Source of the DNA: Verrucomicrobiota bacterium
Lineage (GTDB): Bacteria > Verrucomicrobiota > Verrucomicrobiia > Limisphaerales > AAA164-E04
DNA: 64,000 nt
Assembly (NCBI GenBank): GCA_047947115.1
Contig: CP170459.1
Coordinates: 5,408,001 to 5,472,000, forward strand
Direction: 5' to 3'
Shown: positions 42,245-51,833 of the stretch, piece by piece
How the letters are laid out: each line of letters starts with the position of its first letter
How positions within the stretch are numbered: the first letter of the stretch is position 1
Program-made: the position numbers and the translations under genes
The notes under the pieces: generated by a model
The model's database searches: none
Seen by the model: only the letters and a program-made list of their open reading frames with translations
What the model was told of the DNA's origin: nothing

Positions 42245-42510
42245 GATGGATCAGTATCGGTATGCAAATATAAAGGCCCTGCTTGAAACACGGCAGCCCC
42301 TGTGGAACCAACCGCTTCGCTTCCCGGGACATCCGACACATTCATGTGCGACGGATGCTGCCCCTCATAGCCCGCAACACCCGGGATGAAAAAAGCCGCA
42401 GGAGAAGCGCCACCACCAGCGTTCACACCTCCACACCCGGACAACACCACCATCATCAGGGCGGCGCAGGCTGGCACAAACAGGCATTTGCAATGACAAA
42501 CAAAATTCAC
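42241..42510 (-). CDS. Small putative lipoprotein
   Basis: Lipobox LSG|C then GGVNAGGGASPAAFFIPG; ATGA overlap with hpnH. Confidence 0.6.
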   Translation of the reverse strand: MNFVCHCKCLFVPACAALMMVVLSGCGGVNAGGGASPAAFFIPGVAGYEGQHPSHMNVSDVPGSEAVGSTGAAVFQAGPLYLHTDTDPS

Positions 42511-42636
42511 CCTTACAGTTTATGCGATGCGCGTCATTGCATCACAAGGAAAAAAGAGACGGGAATGCATTTTGTTGGAAACCACCCAAAAAAGGTCTCC
42601 TGAAAAGGCGATTCTGAATGCGATTTCAAAAGCGAA

Positions 42637-43296
42637 TCACCGCCTGGCCACCACGTTTTCAATGTGACGCTTCACTTCGAGCGCCAGGGCTTTTGATCCT
42701 GCGGGAGTAAAGTGAACATTGTCGGGCTGCTGAATCTCATTCAGTCGCGGCAACGCAAATCCATGCAGATCATTGACCATCACACCATGATCTTCCATGA
42801 TGCGCAAGGCGACACGATTGTAACGTTCAACCTGCACCGCTTCACGCAGCGGCCCTGATGGTTCATCTGGAAATGGAGTGGTGGTGGCAAATATCAGCTT
42901 CGCTCCGGTGCGTTTCAGGCGTTTCACGATGGCCGTCAAATTCTTCTCATATTCGTCCAGACCTATCTGGATATGACCGAGCTCGCGCGAACGGGTGTTT
43001 TTCCCGCTTGCATCTACATACTTGAGATCATGCAGGCCATGATTGAAATGAATCACATCCCATCGCTCATCCCCCAGCCAACTCTCCAGTCGCTCCCTGC
43101 CAAACCTTGAGTGTTGAGCATTTCCCGGATTATGGGATATCTCGGCAAAGCCCGCCATCAGCTCTTTCAACGGTTTGGTATAACCAATCGAAATGGAATC
43201 ACCAATGATCAGCACCTTGGGCAGATGCTTCTTATCCTCCCCTCCCCTGACGCTGAGCCCGAGCAAAAGCAGGCAGCAAACAAACATTTTCTTCAT
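42637..43296 (-). CDS. SGNH/GDSL-family hydrolase
   Basis: Signal peptide; IGDSIS, FNHGLHD, DNVHF. Confidence 0.9.
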   Translation of the reverse strand: MKKMFVCCLLLLGLSVRGGEDKKHLPKVLIIGDSISIGYTKPLKELMAGFAEISHNPGNAQHSRFGRERLESWLGDERWDVIHFNHGLHDLKYVDASGKNTRSRELGHIQIGLDEYEKNLTAIVKRLKRTGAKLIFATTTPFPDEPSGPLREAVQVERYNRVALRIMEDHGVMVNDLHGFALPRLNEIQQPDNVHFTPAGSKALALEVKRHIENVVARR

Positions 43297-43309
43297 GATG
43301 ACTGTTGGT

Positions 43310-44374
43310 TCAGGTGATATGTGCACCACGTGTGGCCACATACACAGCATACAATGACTGGCTCCCAGTCATGAACAACCGATTCCGTTTTGGACCCCCA
43401 AAACATAAATTGCTGCAAATTTCCGGAAGATGAATCTGACCGATCCGCTGGCCTTCAGGTGAAAAAATATGAACCCCATCAAATCCTTCACCCACCCAAC
43501 CGGCGCTGGCCCAGATATTGCCGTCCTCGTCGGCGCGGATGCCGTCAGAACCGCCAGCTCCCACTCCATCAATCTCCATGGAACAGAATTTCCGACGATT
43601 GGCCAGCCGGGACGAATCCTTGATGTCCCAAACATAAATACCCTTGGGAGGATCTTCTCCGGTGTCGGCAATGTATAACTTGCGATAATCCGGGGAAAAA
43701 CACAGCCCGTTGGGCTTGACGATTTCGTCGGTCACCAAAGAAAGCGCGCCTGAATCAGGATCAATCCGGTAAACAGCTTCCTTCAAATGAAGCGGCCCCT
43801 TCACCCCCTCATAATGCCACATGCTTCCATAACCTGGATCCGTGAACCAGATGCCTCCATCTGGGTGCACAACCACATCATTGGGCGCGTTGAGTGGTTT
43901 CCCCTGCCAACTGTCGGCCAATATGGTCACCGATCCGTCATGCTCATATCGCACAACTCTTCGATTCCCATGCTCACAGGCGATCTGCCGTGCCTGAAAA
44001 TCAAATGTGTTGCCGTTACTGTTGCCCGATGGATTCCGAAAGGTGCTAACCGCACCATTTTCCTCCAACCACCTCAGCTGAACATTATTGGGAATATCAC
44101 TCCACAAAAGATACTTCCCCACCCCATTCCATGCCGGCCCCTCGGCCCACAACATCCCCGTGTGCAGTCGTTGAATCGCGGCGTTGCCCAGTTTGTATTT
44201 GGCGAACCCGGGCTCCAGCACTTCGATGTCCGGGTCCGGATAGCGAATGGGATTCGCTCCCGACCAATCCCTCCCAGCCATCACCGGTAGAGACGCAGCA
44301 GCCATTCCAAGAGAGGAAATGAAAGATCGTCTCGATTGAACAGAACCGGTCTTTTTCAAAGCATGATTGTCCAT
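43310..44374 (-). CDS. SMP-30/gluconolactonase-family protein with Tat signal
   Basis: SRRSFI; AEGPAW, SNGN, NAPNDV, PNGLCFSPD, DGIRAD. Confidence 0.92.
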   Translation of the reverse strand: MDNHALKKTGSVQSRRSFISSLGMAAASLPVMAGRDWSGANPIRYPDPDIEVLEPGFAKYKLGNAAIQRLHTGMLWAEGPAWNGVGKYLLWSDIPNNVQLRWLEENGAVSTFRNPSGNSNGNTFDFQARQIACEHGNRRVVRYEHDGSVTILADSWQGKPLNAPNDVVVHPDGGIWFTDPGYGSMWHYEGVKGPLHLKEAVYRIDPDSGALSLVTDEIVKPNGLCFSPDYRKLYIADTGEDPPKGIYVWDIKDSSRLANRRKFCSMEIDGVGAGGSDGIRADEDGNIWASAGWVGEGFDGVHIFSPEGQRIGQIHLPEICSNLCFGGPKRNRLFMTGSQSLYAVYVATRGAHIT

Positions 44375-44472
44375 AAGAAAACCTGGTCTTCAAGAGTTAA
44401 GCAAAGTGAACGGGACAAGACTGCAAAGAATGACATTGAAAGTAAAGAAGAAGAAAAAAGCAGAGACGAAAC

Positions 44473-44522
44473 AGAAAAAGAGAGAGCCGGCCAAAGAAAG
44501 GAGGGAACTTTGACCGGCTCTC
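44473..44522 (-). terminator. Rho-independent terminator with anti-SD loop
   Basis: GAGAGCCGGUCAAAG[UUCCCUCCUUU]CUUUGGCCGGCUCUC-UCUUUUUCU: 15-bp stem with one G-U pair on the minus strand (a C/A mismatch on plus). Confidence 0.8.
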
Positions 44523-44568
44523 AACCAACAGGAGTAACCAACTAAACCAATCCCCAACAGAGGAATTG
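44473..44568 (-). ncRNA. Candidate sigma54-dependent small RNA (~95 nt)
   Basis: Lies between a -24/-12 motif and a strong terminator; no credible ORF; GU-rich body with three UUGGUU copies. Confidence 0.5.
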
Positions 44569-44578
44569 AATCCTGGTA

Positions 44579-44594
44579 AGCATGGGTGGTACCA
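44579..44594 (-). promoter_or_regulatory. Putative sigma54 -24/-12 promoter
   Basis: TGGTACCACCCATGCT (GG-N10-GC), with an AT-rich tract upstream at about 44645-44710. Confidence 0.55.
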
Positions 44595-44957
44595 ACCACC
44601 CAGTAATTCAAAAAAACGCACCGGAAAACCTTCAAAATGACACAATAAAACATCGTTTATATTTAATTATTAATTAATTACAAATAACACACCATTTTTT
44701 AAAAAAATACAAGTGAGCCCCAAACTTTCATCCAACAAGCGACCACAAGAAAGACTTGCAATGCATATGCAAACTAACGCAAACACATGCAATGCCCCCC
44801 CCCCTAACTAAAAGCAAAGTACACTGCACAAAACAGGACTTGTTGGCAGGTAAAGACTGCAGCTTAATGCCCGCCCTTTCAATGGATCCCCTCCTGAAAC
44901 TCCACACAGTGAAACACCAGACTTGAGATTTGATTCACAGACAGATATGGTGCCCGA

Positions 44958-45416
44958 ATGAATAGTGATGTGGTTCCAGTGAAGATCAGGGGCATTCTAC
45001 CCATTAACAATGGGGAAGCTGTCTTCATTGGCAACAAGGAGAAAGTCTTTGTCATCCAGATCGAACGCACCATGGGTGAAGTCATTAAAATGTTCATTCA
45101 GAACAAAGCAAAGCAGCGCCCCCTGACCCACGACCTGATGATGCATGTATTCCAGGGATTCGGCATCAACGTTGAACGCATCATCATCACCGAACTGAGA
45201 GACACAACCTACTACGCCCGCATCGTGTTGCAACAACGCAACGAATTGGGGCGCAAAATTGTGGAACTCGACGCCCGCCCCAGCGACTGTATCGCGCTTG
45301 CCACAGCACAAAAAAAACCCATTTTCGTGGCCAAATCACTTTTCAGTGAAGTGGAAGACATGAGTCACATCCTGGACGATATTAAAAAATCCAGTGGCGG
45401 CTCGGAGGAAGCCTGA
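44958..45416 (+). CDS. Bifunctional nuclease-family protein (DUF151)
   Basis: RPLTHDL, TYYARI, LDARPSDCIALA. Confidence 0.92.
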   Translation: MNSDVVPVKIRGILPINNGEAVFIGNKEKVFVIQIERTMGEVIKMFIQNKAKQRPLTHDLMMHVFQGFGINVERIIITELRDTTYYARIVLQQRNELGRKIVELDARPSDCIALATAQKKPIFVAKSLFSEVEDMSHILDDIKKSSGGSEEA

Positions 45417-46570
45417 TGCCTCCCAGTAAATCCAAAATCAAGGGGCCTCCCACGTTGGTCTGCGGTGATGAAGATTTCGCCGTCAAAGAGAAGGCACAGC
45501 ACATTTTCAACGAATGGATCGAGGCATATCCCGATCACGAACAGGAGATCATCGACGCGGCTTCCTCCAACGCTTCCGAAGCAGGCAAGGCGATTGCCCG
45601 CCTGCTTGAATCCATGCAGACCATGCCTTTCTTTGGAGGCGGCAAATGCATCTGGTTCCGAAACTGCAATTTTCTGGGGGAAGAGCGCACCTCCTCCACC
45701 AAAGCGGTCACCGAAGGGCTGGTCTCTGTCATGCAGGAAATCCAGCAGCTGAATTCCGAAAAAAACCGGTTGCTGATCTCCGCCGGCAAAGTCGACAAGC
45801 GAAAATCTTTCTATAAGCAGTTCCAGAAAATTGGGGAGATCGCCATCTTCAACGGATGGGACGCCTCTAAAACCGACTGGATTCCCGAAGCGGAAAAACT
45901 GGTGGAAAAGATATTCGAGGAAGCAAAGATCCGCATCGAACAGGATGCCCTGTCGGCATTGATCGAAAGTGTCGGCCCCAACGCACGCCAATTGAATCAG
46001 GAAGCCGAAAAGCTGATGCTTTACTGTGGCGATAAAGCCGCAGCAACCACTGAAGACGTTCATCAAGTCGTCTCCCGCAACAAACAAGCACGAGCCTTCG
46101 CGCTTGGAGACGCGTTGGGAAATCGCAACCTGCCTTTGGCCATGAAGTGTCTGGACGAGGAATTATGGGAAATGAAACTGGACCGCCAGCGCAGTGCCAT
46201 CGGATTACTCTACGGACTCATTTCCAAAGTTCGCACCTTGATCATGGTCAAAGAAATGCAACGTAAAGGTTGGTTGCGGATGGAACGTCAATTTTTTCGA
46301 TTTAAACAACAACTTGACCAAATACCCGAATCCGGCCTTCCTTCCGACTCAAAATTGAACCCTCTCAAATTGAATCCTTACGTCCTTTTTCGCGCGCTAC
46401 CTCAGGCATCCCATTACAGCATCAACGAATTGGTCAAAGCCATGGACACCTTGTACACAGCCAATATTCAGCTCATTTCAAGTTCGATGGAGGATGCCCA
46501 GGTGCTGCAGCAATCCATTGTCACCATCATCACAAAACCCGAAACCACCGCACAACCCAAACGCACCTGA
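45416..46570 (+). CDS. holA: DNA polymerase III subunit delta
   Basis: LVCGDEDF, TMPFFGG, DKRKSFYK, EAEKLMLY, FALGDAL. Confidence 0.85.
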   Translation: MPPSKSKIKGPPTLVCGDEDFAVKEKAQHIFNEWIEAYPDHEQEIIDAASSNASEAGKAIARLLESMQTMPFFGGGKCIWFRNCNFLGEERTSSTKAVTEGLVSVMQEIQQLNSEKNRLLISAGKVDKRKSFYKQFQKIGEIAIFNGWDASKTDWIPEAEKLVEKIFEEAKIRIEQDALSALIESVGPNARQLNQEAEKLMLYCGDKAAATTEDVHQVVSRNKQARAFALGDALGNRNLPLAMKCLDEELWEMKLDRQRSAIGLLYGLISKVRTLIMVKEMQRKGWLRMERQFFRFKQQLDQIPESGLPSDSKLNPLKLNPYVLFRALPQASHYSINELVKAMDTLYTANIQLISSSMEDAQVLQQSIVTIITKPETTAQPKRT

Positions 46571-46583
46571 ACCGAACAAGGCC

Positions 46584-47117
46584 ATGGAACCATCCGAAAC
46601 ACCTTTACTGGTAGCCCAAAATGATGATGTCGTCTGTATCAAGGTCAGCGGGCGCGCCAACGTCCGAACCAGCGTCCCTTTCAAATCTCTGATGCAGGAG
46701 ATGCGCGACAAACAAATCATCCACTTCATTCTGGAACTGGAAAACTGCCTGTTAATGGATAGCACCTTTCTCGGAGTACTGGCCTACCAGGCCTTCGAAT
46801 TGATCGAAGACAGAGATCCCCCCGGCAGCATCCAGTTACTAAACCCCAACGACCGGATATTGGACCTGTTGGACAACCTGGGTGTCCTGGATCTGTTTAC
46901 AGTGCAACAAGACACGCATTTCGACCAGCAACAGTTTGAAGCTATCAGTGAATCCATTGAGAGCGGCACAAAAGCTGAAATGACCGAAACAAGTCTGCAC
47001 GCACACCGGGCCCTCATCGCCCTGAACCCGGCCAACAGAATCAAGTTTCAGGAAGTCACCAACTTCCTCGAAAGGGACCTCAAACGCCAAAAAGAGAGCG
47101 ATCAAAGCAACGACTGA
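46584..47117 (+). CDS. STAS-domain anti-sigma factor antagonist
   Basis: IKVSGRAN, CLLMDSTFLGVL (phosphorylatable Ser), LLDNLGV. Confidence 0.88.
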   Translation: MEPSETPLLVAQNDDVVCIKVSGRANVRTSVPFKSLMQEMRDKQIIHFILELENCLLMDSTFLGVLAYQAFELIEDRDPPGSIQLLNPNDRILDLLDNLGVLDLFTVQQDTHFDQQQFEAISESIESGTKAEMTETSLHAHRALIALNPANRIKFQEVTNFLERDLKRQKESDQSND

Positions 47118-47133
47118 TTCGCTCCCGTAAAAG

Positions 47134-49566
47134 TCAGGACTGTAGCGGAGCCCGCAGATGCACTTGTGCGGCCACACGCCTGTCGCCCACTTGAAGCGCA
47201 TATGCGCCGCCCTTGAGGAAAGTCGCATCGACTCCATCCACATGGCGAACATACCCCATGGCGATCCCACGCCCAAGCGTGTGAGCATACGATCCGGAAG
47301 TGGTGTATCCAACCACCTTGTCGTCGCGCAGAATGATTTCACCTCCCCACAGACAGACTTCAGGATCTTTCACGGTGAAGATCGCGAGCCGCTTCTTCGG
47401 AATGTTCGCTTTGAGTCGTTGCAGGGCCGCCTGACCGACAAACCCACCTGGTTTCTCCCAATCAACGGCAAATCCAAGCCCCGCTTCCAGAGGATGATCA
47501 TCCGGAGACAATTCCGCCCCCCAGGCACGAAACCCTTTTTCAAGTCGCAATGATTGTATCGCGTAATGTCCCGCCAAAGTGATGGGGTGATCTTTGGAAC
47601 GATCCATCAACGTGTCATAAAGTGCGGACATTTGATCCATTCCCACGTGCAGTTCCCAGCCCAATTCCCCCATATAGGAAATACGAATCGCCCTCAACGT
47701 GCACATCCCGACTGAAATTTCCTTTGATAACCCGAAAGGAAACGCATCATTTGAAAGATCTGTGTCCGTGAGGGGTTGCAGGAACTCTCTGGAATCAGGT
47801 CCCATCACACTCAACACCCCCACTCCATTCGTCACATCCTGAATTTCAACGGACAACCCTTGGGGAACGTGGCGACGAATCCAATGTGCATCATGCACCC
47901 CCTGAGCCGTGGACGTCACAATATAGTAGGCATCTTCTCCAACTCGAACGGCGGTAAAATCGGACTCGTAACCCCCTTTGGCATTGAACATCCCCGTGTA
48001 AACCGCTCTGCCAACAGGCACGTCCAAACAGTTGCCGCAAACATGCTGCATCACAGCACAGGCGTCACGCCCGATGACTTGCAGCTTGGCAAAACTGGAT
48101 TGATCGAACAATGCCACCCCCTGACGCGTGGCCAGGTGTTCGCGTTCCTGAGATTTAAACCAATTCTGTCTGCCAAACGAATAATCGACGAGTGCTTTAT
48201 CCGGTGGAATCGCAAACCAGTTCGGCCGTTCCCATCCACTCTTGTTGCCAAAACAGGCTCCTGCAGCGAGAAGGCGATCATGGATGGGTGTCTTGCGAAC
48301 ACCCCGTCCGGTTTCGAATTCACGATTGGGCCAGGCCATCTGGTAGTGAAGCCCCAGCACTTCGGTAATGCGATCGCGCAGAAATGCACGGTTGTTCGCC
48401 CACTTGCCAAATCGTCGGATGTCCACCGACCACAAATCCATGGTCGGCTCTCCTTCATGGATCCATTCCGCGAGGTATTTTCCCGCCCCACCGGCACAGG
48501 CAATGCCGGCTGAGTTGAATCCGGCGGCCACAAACAAACCATCCAGTTCAGGCGTTTCTCCCAATAAAAACTGGTTGTCAGGCGTGAAACTTTCCGGACC
48601 ATTAACAAACTTGGCATACCCGGAAGTTTTCAATGAAGGAATGCGCCATTCACCTGCTTGCAATGGTTGCTGATACTTCTCCCAATCAGGTTCCAACAAT
48701 GCGAAGGAGAAATCGGAAGGTATCGGATCTTTCAACCATGGTTTGGTGTATTTTTGGAAAGCCCCCAAAACAACCGCGTTCCCCTCCCCTCGAAAATAGA
48801 TGGTGGCATCCGGATCTCGGCCACAAGGCAATTCATCAAAAGCCCCTTCGATGGGTTCGGAAACCACGTAATGATGTTCCACAGGTGCCAACGGAATCGA
48901 CACACCACACGTCAGCCCCAATTGCCGGGACCACATACCACAGGCCAATACCACATACTGCGCACGGATGGTTCCCCGATCGGTCTCCACGCCCGTAGCT
49001 CGTCCGTTTTTGTGAAGCACCTTCAGAGTCCGAACGTTTTCAAAAACTCTCGCACCTCTGCTTTGAGCGCCCTTGGCCAGAGCGACGGTTGTTTCTTGAG
49101 GGATCACCTTGCCGTCCCCCGGCAACCAGACTGCACCTTTCAAATCTTCGGTAAGCATCAATGGCCATTTTTCACCTGCTTCCACAGCTGAAATCATCTG
49201 AGCTTCCACCCCCAGATACTCCGCCATGGCTGCCGTACGGTGGAGTTGTACCATGCGTTCCTCTGTCGTGGCCACGACCAGACTACCCACTTGCTTCCAT
49301 CCCGTCGGATGTCCCGTCTCGGCCTCCAGCCCCGCATAAAGTTCGGCGCTGTATTGGTTGATCTTGGTCAAACTGTTGGAAGTCCGCAAACGCCCAACCA
49401 TCCCGGCTGCATGCCACGTCGTACCGCCGGCCAATGCCTTCTGTTCCAACAAAACGACATCGGAAAAACCTAATTTCGTGAGATGATAAGCAACACTACA
49501 TCCCGCGATTCCACCACCTACCACAACCACTTGTGCCTCTGCCGGCAAAACAGATTGATCAACCAT
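47134..49566 (-). CDS. FAD-dependent sarcosine/dimethylglycine dehydrogenase-like protein (DAO + GcvT domains)
   Basis: VVVGGGIAG, GTTWHAAG, NGPESFTPD, GWERPNWF, SYMGELGWE, LRLEKG. Confidence 0.92.
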   Translation of the reverse strand: MVDQSVLPAEAQVVVVGGGIAGCSVAYHLTKLGFSDVVLLEQKALAGGTTWHAAGMVGRLRTSNSLTKINQYSAELYAGLEAETGHPTGWKQVGSLVVATTEERMVQLHRTAAMAEYLGVEAQMISAVEAGEKWPLMLTEDLKGAVWLPGDGKVIPQETTVALAKGAQSRGARVFENVRTLKVLHKNGRATGVETDRGTIRAQYVVLACGMWSRQLGLTCGVSIPLAPVEHHYVVSEPIEGAFDELPCGRDPDATIYFRGEGNAVVLGAFQKYTKPWLKDPIPSDFSFALLEPDWEKYQQPLQAGEWRIPSLKTSGYAKFVNGPESFTPDNQFLLGETPELDGLFVAAGFNSAGIACAGGAGKYLAEWIHEGEPTMDLWSVDIRRFGKWANNRAFLRDRITEVLGLHYQMAWPNREFETGRGVRKTPIHDRLLAAGACFGNKSGWERPNWFAIPPDKALVDYSFGRQNWFKSQEREHLATRQGVALFDQSSFAKLQVIGRDACAVMQHVCGNCLDVPVGRAVYTGMFNAKGGYESDFTAVRVGEDAYYIVTSTAQGVHDAHWIRRHVPQGLSVEIQDVTNGVGVLSVMGPDSREFLQPLTDTDLSNDAFPFGLSKEISVGMCTLRAIRISYMGELGWELHVGMDQMSALYDTLMDRSKDHPITLAGHYAIQSLRLEKGFRAWGAELSPDDHPLEAGLGFAVDWEKPGGFVGQAALQRLKANIPKKRLAIFTVKDPEVCLWGGEIILRDDKVVGYTTSGSYAHTLGRGIAMGYVRHVDGVDATFLKGGAYALQVGDRRVAAQVHLRAPLQS

Positions 49567-49811
49567 TGCCCTATTCTACGCCCTTTCCAAAAAGCTGACA
49601 ATCGCCGATCTTACCAAAGAGAGAGATCCAATTTTTGATACTTTTGAACACACTGTATTTATTTAATCAATCACAGATGGCTAATCTGAACCACACTGCG
49701 GATTATTGCTCAGCCCCCACCTGACCCAACGCTCAAAGCATGAATCACAAACATTCTTAATTTTTACATACCAACATATTGCAATCACGCCAAACCGATT
49801 CCACTTAAAGA

Positions 49812-49827
49812 TGGCATAGCTGATGCT
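49812..49827 (+). promoter_or_regulatory. Sigma54 -24/-12 promoter of amtB; IHF-like site at 49769-49781
   Basis: TGGCATAGCTGATGCT (GG-N10-GC) about 55 nt before amtB. TACCAACATATTG matches WATCAA-N4-TTR with one mismatch. Confidence 0.7.
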
Positions 49828-49880
49828 TTTGGGCCTTTTTGTCTAACCAACAATCAATCAAGATCAGAAACTGAATAAAA

Positions 49881-51242
49881 ATGAACAAACCGAAACACCT
49901 GTTTACATGCCTGACCCTCCTCTGGATGCTGATGTCAGGCATTCATGCATTCGGCGCCGAAGATGGCGCCATCGCCACTGAAGCGGTCACCGAATCCATC
50001 GCAGCCGCAACCGAAGAAGCCCCATCTATCGACACTGGGGACACGGCCTGGATGATCACCGCCACCGCCCTGGTACTATTTATGTCCATCCCTGGACTGG
50101 CTTTGTTTTACGGAGGGTTGGTACGTTCCAAAAACATCCTTTCCGTTCTGGTTCAATGCTTCGCCATGGCGGGGATCATGACCATCCTATGGATCATATT
50201 CGGATATAGTATGGCTTTCGGGGATGGAGGCGGGCTACAGACATTTGTTGGCAATCTCGACAATCTTTTCTTGAAGAACGTGACGGTGGACTCGATTTCG
50301 GGAACGATTCCAGAAACTGTTTTTGTCACGTTTCAAATGACCTTCATCATTATTACCCCTGCCTTGATCGTTGGGGCATTTGCAGAGCGCATGAAATTCA
50401 GCGCCATGCTGTTGTTTACCGTCGTCTGGTCGACACTTTCCTACCTGCCTGTTTGCCATATGGCATGGGGCGGAGAAGGGTCGTTGTTTCATGGATGGGG
50501 TGTTCTGGATTTTGCCGGAGGCACGGTGGTTCACATCAACGCCGGCATCGCGGGGCTGGTGGCCTGCATCATGGTCGGGAAGCGCAAAGGATTCGGAAGC
50601 GCCGCCCTGCAACCACACAACGTGCCTTTGACCCTCATCGGAGCCTCCATGCTTTGGGTGGGATGGTTCGGGTTCAACGCGGGTAGTGAGCTGGCAGCGG
50701 ACGGCACTGCTGGCATGGCCATGCTGGTCACCCAAGTGGCAACGGCCATGGCCGCTGTTACTTGGATGTTTATAGAATGGATCAAGAACGGCAAACCCAC
50801 AGCGGTCGGTATCGCCACTGGGGCCGTGGCTGGTCTGGTCGCCATCACTCCTGCTTCAGGAACAGCCGGTCCCATGGGCGCTTTACTCATCGGTTTTTGC
50901 TCCAGCGCCATCTGCTATTGGTCGGCAACCAACCTCAAACATAAACTGGGCTACGACGACAGTCTGGACGTATTTGGAGTGCATGGTGTTGGCGGAATCG
51001 TAGGAGCCGTCTTGACAGGCCTATGCGCAGCTCCTTTCATGGGCGGAGCTGGAATGGATCTGTCTGTAGGTGCTCAAATTTTCGCCCAGATCAAAAGCAT
51101 TATTGTCACCATAGTATGGAGTGGCGTGGTATCGATTGCCGTGCTGTTCCTCATTGATAAGACCATTGGACTAAGGGTGAACATCGAAGAAGAAACCATG
51201 GGATTGGACCAGAGCTGCCACGGCGAAACCGGTTACAACTAG
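49881..51242 (+). CDS. amtB: Ammonium transporter
   Basis: PGLALFYGG, FQMTF, DFAGGTVVH, LWVGWFGFNAGS, DDSLDVFGVHG. Confidence 0.96.
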   Translation: MNKPKHLFTCLTLLWMLMSGIHAFGAEDGAIATEAVTESIAAATEEAPSIDTGDTAWMITATALVLFMSIPGLALFYGGLVRSKNILSVLVQCFAMAGIMTILWIIFGYSMAFGDGGGLQTFVGNLDNLFLKNVTVDSISGTIPETVFVTFQMTFIIITPALIVGAFAERMKFSAMLLFTVVWSTLSYLPVCHMAWGGEGSLFHGWGVLDFAGGTVVHINAGIAGLVACIMVGKRKGFGSAALQPHNVPLTLIGASMLWVGWFGFNAGSELAADGTAGMAMLVTQVATAMAAVTWMFIEWIKNGKPTAVGIATGAVAGLVAITPASGTAGPMGALLIGFCSSAICYWSATNLKHKLGYDDSLDVFGVHGVGGIVGAVLTGLCAAPFMGGAGMDLSVGAQIFAQIKSIIVTIVWSGVVSIAVLFLIDKTIGLRVNIEEETMGLDQSCHGETGYN

Positions 51243-51367
51243 AAATACCGACATCCAGGGTCCTTCAAGATTCCCTTCAAGGAGATCGAAAAGGGTTGCG
51301 GGCAAAACTGATTTGGTAGAAATTAGAACATATTTACGAAGCAAGCACGGTTCAAAAGGTCTGATGA

Positions 51368-51751
<384 letters not shown>

Positions 51752-51769
51752 TTCCCGGCAACACATCTT

Positions 51770-51806
51770 AAAAAAGCGCGACTCACTTCGAGTCGCGCTT
51801 TTTTTT
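51770..51806. terminator. Bidirectional rho-independent terminator
   Basis: AAAAAAGCGCGACTC-ACTTC-GAGTCGCGCTTTTTTTT between convergent genes. Confidence 0.9.
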
Positions 51807-51833
51807 GTTTGAAAGTCAGAGAAATACTGAACA

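Noticed and set aside
44336..44653. Short ORFs on both strands in the sRNA region
   Set aside because: Low-complexity products of a purine-rich tract that run through a strong terminator; no motifs.
47100..47136. Sec read-through of the TGA ending the GcvT-family gene
   Set aside because: Not a Cys-equivalent position, no SECIS-like hairpin, and it would overlap the convergent STAS gene.
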